A stretch of DNA of 64,000 bases. Origin: Candidatus Woesebacteria bacterium. Its GTDB lineage: Bacteria > Patescibacteriota > Microgenomatia > UBA1400 > PJMF01. This document shows, piece by piece, positions 59,912-64,000 of the stretch (its first letter is position 1; every line of letters starts with the position of its first letter). The DNA lies in assembly GCA_050123235.1 (NCBI GenBank), contig JASFHL010000002.1, positions 15,326 to 79,325 on the forward strand. The letters run 5' to 3'. The notes beneath the pieces are model-generated. The model saw only the letters and a list, made by a program, of their open reading frames with translations, searched no databases and had not been told where the DNA came from. The translations under genes were made by a program, and so were the position numbers.

Positions 59912-60904
59912 TTAAGAATCACCACTTTTTTCTACTGCATTTCTAAAAGCCTGATACTGCACTGTTGGTTGATCATTTCTATCAATAAAACCAAATAAAG
60001 CAAATGGCCCAGGGTCACCTTTCAATAAAAACGGGGTCACTGCCATCACTTGCGGATTGGACCAAATATGCTGCATGGCATAAAGATAATAACTTTCCAG
60101 CCATTTAGCTGTAGCGGCATTAGCTACCCAACCTGTTTCACTGATCACTACTTGGAAATCTTTACCTGTTTTTTCCTTCAAATAGGCCAATTCATGTAAA
60201 AAGCCCCTCAAAGAATTCTTAGCTGTTTTTTCTGGAGAAGAGCTAAAACCAGGGTTAGGGTAAGAGTGAGAATTCCATAAATCTATCACTGAAAAAACCT
60301 CCTTGTCATAGTCATACATTTGATCTAAATAGTTAAAGGCCTCCATGGTCTGACTACCATTAGGGGCTGCTAAATCCATAGCTGCTGGTAAAACCACATA
60401 GTTTTTAGCTTCTGTATGGGCCCAATTACTGGTAAAAGTCAAAATTCTACTATAAGACTGAGCATCGATTTCACCACCCCATTCTTTAGCGTGATTGACC
60501 TCATTAAACACAATAATATATCTTTTATCAGTTGGCCAATCTAAATCACTCAAAAAATCCATTAAATCAATGATTTCTTTTTTGCTAGGAATCTTCCAAG
60601 CATTGTTTTCTAGCTTAGTAGCTAAACGTACAATAGGAATAATTTTTTCTTTTTTTGATTTATCAAAAAAATCTTGCCATTCAGCTTTTTTATCAAGATC
60701 ATTTAAGGAAAGGGGAATGGTCACATAATACCAGTCATCATTTTTATCACTTTCAATTAAATCTTTAGCTTGATCAATTTCCCCAGGATTTAAAATATGC
60801 ACCCCTAAAACTTGACCTTCTCTGGCATAAACCTGACTCACTAAATTAAATAGTGAAAAACAGCTCAAGAATGCTAGTAAAAATAACTTTTTTAAAATCC
60901 TCAT
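59912..60904 (-). CDS. Secreted clan GH-A-like glycoside hydrolase
   Basis: Signal peptide; PIVRL, FNEVN (acid/base), SHSYP, ISETGW (nucleophile). Confidence 0.75.
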   Translation of the reverse strand: MRILKKLFLLAFLSCFSLFNLVSQVYAREGQVLGVHILNPGEIDQAKDLIESDKNDDWYYVTIPLSLNDLDKKAEWQDFFDKSKKEKIIPIVRLATKLENNAWKIPSKKEIIDLMDFLSDLDWPTDKRYIIVFNEVNHAKEWGGEIDAQSYSRILTFTSNWAHTEAKNYVVLPAAMDLAAPNGSQTMEAFNYLDQMYDYDKEVFSVIDLWNSHSYPNPGFSSSPEKTAKNSLRGFLHELAYLKEKTGKDFQVVISETGWVANAATAKWLESYYLYAMQHIWSNPQVMAVTPFLLKGDPGPFALFGFIDRNDQPTVQYQAFRNAVEKSGDS

Positions 60905-61029
60905 TCTAATATTATAGGATATATTAACCTCAAGTATTTGTCAAGTAGCAAGCTTATAAATAATTTGCTAGAATAGACTTATCACAAGATAAAAAATTTT
61001 GCGATCAATCTGCCTTAAGCTCAAATTTT

Positions 61030-61743
61030 ATGAAAAAATTATTTTTTGCTTATGCCTGGTTACTTTTGAGCACTGGTACTATTCTAACAGGTATTGCTGG
61101 GATTAACTTCTTTTATTTAACTCAGAATAAACAGACTCAAAATCAAGAAGAAGAGCTGCAATCTCCACATGTGCAAATTTTTGAAAAAAATGAAAGTGAA
61201 CAGGGTGAGGTGAAAGGTGTAGAGACTATTATCGAAAGCGATGATGCTCGAGCGATCATTGTTGCTAATTTTTTAAAACGTTATAATTCTCCACTTAAGC
61301 CCTATGAGCATTATGGCCGTGTATTAGTTGAAATTGCTGATAAGTATGAGATTGATTTTAGATTACTGCCAGCCATCATGATGCAAGAAAGTAATCTTTG
61401 TAAAAAAGCTCCAGCAGGTTCTTATAATTGTCTAGGTTTTGGCATTCATGAAAAAGGTACTCTTACTTTTAATTCATATGAAGAAAGTTTTGATCGAGCG
61501 GCTAGAGAGCTTAAAAAGTACTATATTGACCAAGGCCGGCTTACTACAGAAGATATTATGAAAAAATATACGCCTCATAGTGATGGCAGTTGGGCTAATT
61601 CTGTGAATCAATGGATGGCAGAAATGAAATTTGATGATCGAAGTCTGGGAAAAGAAAAGAAAACTAATGCTAATGTTTTAGAATATGCCCAAGCAAGTGA
61701 AAGTGCAGAACCAAGCGTGACCCCTATTGTTGAAAAAAAATAG
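61030..61743 (+). CDS. Membrane-anchored lysozyme-like (glucosaminidase/SLT-type) protein
   Basis: TM; ADKYEIDFRLLPAIMMQES, SYNCLGFG, KYTP...WANSV. Confidence 0.7.
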   Translation: MKKLFFAYAWLLLSTGTILTGIAGINFFYLTQNKQTQNQEEELQSPHVQIFEKNESEQGEVKGVETIIESDDARAIIVANFLKRYNSPLKPYEHYGRVLVEIADKYEIDFRLLPAIMMQESNLCKKAPAGSYNCLGFGIHEKGTLTFNSYEESFDRAARELKKYYIDQGRLTTEDIMKKYTPHSDGSWANSVNQWMAEMKFDDRSLGKEKKTNANVLEYAQASESAEPSVTPIVEKK

Positions 61744-61896
61744 ATTGATATCTTCCGATATATTTTGACAATCTTATAATTTTATGTTACAGTATTATTA
61801 CCTCAGAAGGTCCTCCCTCACCGGGAATCGTTCTGAGAATAAAGAGTCCCGATTGATTATTGATTTCGGGATTTTTTATTTCTCCCATTTCTAAAT

Positions 61897-61983
61897 TGGT
61901 GCCGAAGGAGGGACTTGAACCCTCACCCCATAAATAGGACACGGTTCTAAGCCGTGCGCGTCTACCAATTCCGCCACTTCGGC
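61897..61983 (-). tRNA. tRNA-Leu(TAG), CCA encoded
   Basis: GCCGAAG/CTTCGGC acceptor stem, CACGG-CTTAGAA-CCGTG, long variable arm, ACCA end. Confidence 0.95.
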
Positions 61984-62041
61984 TTTTTAGGCACAAATAT
62001 TATACTTCACATTAGTCATCTTTTTGCAGTAAGATTAGTCT

Positions 62042-62644
62042 ATGAACGAAAGTCAAAGTAGTGGGCAGATTAATCCAGCACCAATTAATCCTACCTCCAC
62101 TGTAGCTCCCAAAGCTCCATCTACACCTCAAGCTAGCATGCCTGCAAATAGTCAAACTCAGCCAGGCAATGAACAAGCAGCTCAAAGTCAAGATCCTAAC
62201 CAACCATCAACTTTTAAAGGAAAAGTTCAACTTTTACTTATCAATTTGATAGATTATATAAAATCTCACTTTGACAAAATTATTGTCATTATTCTTACTA
62301 TCCAAGGTTTGAGAGGTTTAATTACTTCTGTCAAATTTATCATGATTGAATATCCAATCTTGGAAGAGCAATTGGCTAGTCATCAAATTACTCAAGAACA
62401 AATTAATATTTTTGCCAATAAAGCAATTGTCATGCTCACAACTACAGTTTTGAGCATGTTTTTTGCTCTAAGAATTTCTCTAGTACAAAGTCAAATAGCA
62501 AAAAAAGTCAACTCTGCTCTTGGGGTGCTAGTTATTATTTTGGATAGATACATCAATATATATCTGACTGAAATTGGCTCAGCTCAAATCATTACTAATT
62601 TATCTATATCTTTGGTGAATTTAGTTAAAAATCTTTCTCAATAA
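62042..62644 (+). CDS. Hypothetical membrane protein with P/Q/S-rich N-terminus
   Basis: Low-complexity N-terminus then about 3 hydrophobic segments. Confidence 0.7.
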   Translation: MNESQSSGQINPAPINPTSTVAPKAPSTPQASMPANSQTQPGNEQAAQSQDPNQPSTFKGKVQLLLINLIDYIKSHFDKIIVIILTIQGLRGLITSVKFIMIEYPILEEQLASHQITQEQINIFANKAIVMLTTTVLSMFFALRISLVQSQIAKKVNSALGVLVIILDRYINIYLTEIGSAQIITNLSISLVNLVKNLSQ

Positions 62645-62684
62645 AAAGCAGTTTAAGTCTTGGTTATAATATCCCTATGAAATT

Positions 62685-63458
62685 ATGTGGAAAAAATTTT
62701 TATTTTTAAACTCTCGAGAAGAAAAAATTAAACCGCTGGACTTTAAATATCAGCATCGTGCTTCTTTAAGAGCTAAAAACTTGACTATCAAGATTAATCA
62801 GCGTGGTCAGGTAATTGTGGTCACACCCAAAAATTTCTCCAAAAAAAAGCTTAATAAGTTTTTAAGAGAAAAACAAAGCTGGATTAAAAAAAAACTCAAA
62901 CAAATCAAAGCAGCAAGAACAAAAATTTCCCAGCAAGAATTAATGATTTTTGGTAAAAAATATCAAAAAAAAGTTGAATTTAATCAAAAACGTGCCTCAG
63001 GTTTTTTTATTAAAGGTCAAGATATAATTTTGAATTTAATTAATCAAACAGCCTTAGAAAAAGATCAATTAAAGGCAAGCAGTGATCTTCATCTAAAATA
63101 TTTTCAAAAAACTATTAATCAAAAACGGCTTAATCGATTTTTAAAAAACACCGCTGAAAAATATATTATCCCTCGAACTCACCAACTGGCTAAAAAAATG
63201 GCTATCAGATTTAAGAGAATTTCGCTAAGAGAACAAAAAACTAGATGGGGCAGTTGTTCAAGCAAAGGGAATTTAAATTTTAACTGGCGCTTAATCCATT
63301 ATTCCCCTGAGATTATTGACTATGTCATTATTCACGAATTAGCTCACAGAAAAGAAATGAATCACTCTAGAAAATTCTGGCAACTAGTGGCTAAATATGA
63401 CCCTGAATATCCCAAACATAGAGGATTTTTGAAAAGACATGGTGTTAACTTAGATTAA
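62685..63458 (+). CDS. YgjP/DUF45-family metal-dependent hydrolase
   Basis: QKTRWGSCS, LNFNWRL, IDYVIIHELAH, NHSRKFW. Confidence 0.92.
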   Translation: MWKKFLFLNSREEKIKPLDFKYQHRASLRAKNLTIKINQRGQVIVVTPKNFSKKKLNKFLREKQSWIKKKLKQIKAARTKISQQELMIFGKKYQKKVEFNQKRASGFFIKGQDIILNLINQTALEKDQLKASSDLHLKYFQKTINQKRLNRFLKNTAEKYIIPRTHQLAKKMAIRFKRISLREQKTRWGSCSSKGNLNFNWRLIHYSPEIIDYVIIHELAHRKEMNHSRKFWQLVAKYDPEYPKHRGFLKRHGVNLD

Positions 63459-63501
63459 GCAAAACTTGTCTTTATCTCCTAAGCTATGTCATACTATCAT
63501 T

Positions 63502-63693
63502 ATGAATATCCGCAACCCTTTCAAACCAAAACCTAGCCTTAAAAAAAAGCTCAGTGGCAGTTTACATTTAAAACCAAAACTTTGTACTAAAGCCAAGATC
63601 TTTTGCTTGTTAATTCAGATATTTCTGTATATTGCTATTTTTATAGCAGGCTATACCGTGGCAAAAATACAAACTCTTTTCAATCTTATCTGA
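63502..63693 (+). CDS. Small membrane protein
   Basis: Basic N-terminus and C-terminal TM; ATG 6 nt after CATACT. Confidence 0.55.
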   Translation: MNIRNPFKPKPSLKKKLSGSLHLKPKLCTKAKIFCLLIQIFLYIAIFIAGYTVAKIQTLFNLI

Positions 63694-63697
63694 TAAT

Positions 63698-64000
63698 ATG
63701 ATTACTATCCTTCATGGCGATAATACTATTAAGTCTAGAGAAAAGTTAGTGGAGATCATTAATGCTGCTAAAGGAAAAAATATCAAGATTATTAGATTAG
63801 AGGCAAAAAAACTAACTGAGCCTAGATTAGAGGAGAATTTACTTAGTGAAAGTCTTTTTCTTGATTCAAAATTAGTTATTATCGAAGAATTGCATTCATT
63901 GCCTAGAAGCAAAAAGAAAAATAATTTAATAGACATGATAGCTAAATCAAAAACTGAGATCGTGCTATGGGAAAAACGCCAATTAACAGCCACTATGCTG
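63698..64000 (+). CDS. holA: DNA polymerase III delta subunit N-terminus (runs off window)
   Basis: MITILHGDN..SR...SESLF...KLVIIE...IVLWE; absent from the ORF track because it has no stop. Confidence 0.75.
   Translation, partial: MITILHGDNTIKSREKLVEIINAAKGKNIKIIRLEAKKLTEPRLEENLLSESLFLDSKLVIIEELHSLPRSKKKNNLIDMIAKSKTEIVLWEKRQLTATML

Noticed and set aside
61787-61996. 69-aa minus-strand ORF
   Set aside because: Runs through tRNA-Leu; not a credible CDS as called.
2034-62203. Remaining short 60-130 aa ORFs nested in or antisense to recognised genes
   Set aside because: They overlap well-supported CDSs, lack motifs, and are expected by chance.
63712-63993. 93-aa minus-strand ORF
   Set aside because: Antisense to the holA-like frame starting at 63698.

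Overview
AT-rich bacterial chromosome segment, mostly housekeeping genes, using the standard code (TGA ends rplU, mutM and efp). The gene set points to a Patescibacteria/CPR genome, probably Microgenomates; this is an inference from the split dcw cluster, class I LysRS, type-2 IleRS, split transketolase, PolX without PHP and many orphans. It carries two blocks of division and cell-wall genes: mraZ-rsmH-ftsL-ftsI, and murB-murA-mraY-ftsW-murG-ftsQ-ftsA-ftsZ. It also carries rodA, parB, rplU/rpmA, ileS, serS, lysS (class I), gatCAB, dnaE, secA, mutM, greA, efp, a small Wzx/GT2/Wzy-type cluster and six tRNAs. No CRISPR array, integrase, transposase or rRNA was seen. Most notable signals not in the ORF track: (1) a self-contained, GC-rich, heavily structured ~210-nt transcription unit between serS and secA encoding a 39-aa hydrophobic peptide, resembling a type I toxin; (2) a T-box riboswitch with a canonical antiterminator/terminator upstream of ileS; (3) two further structured-RNA candidates (29.45 kb, 56.8 kb); (4) a tandem pair of diverged paralogous orphans behind an inverted repeat next to tRNA-Lys; (5) many apparently leaderless genes; (6) four tRNA genes ending N-C-A instead of N-CCA; (7) a decayed gene island next to tRNA-Gly.
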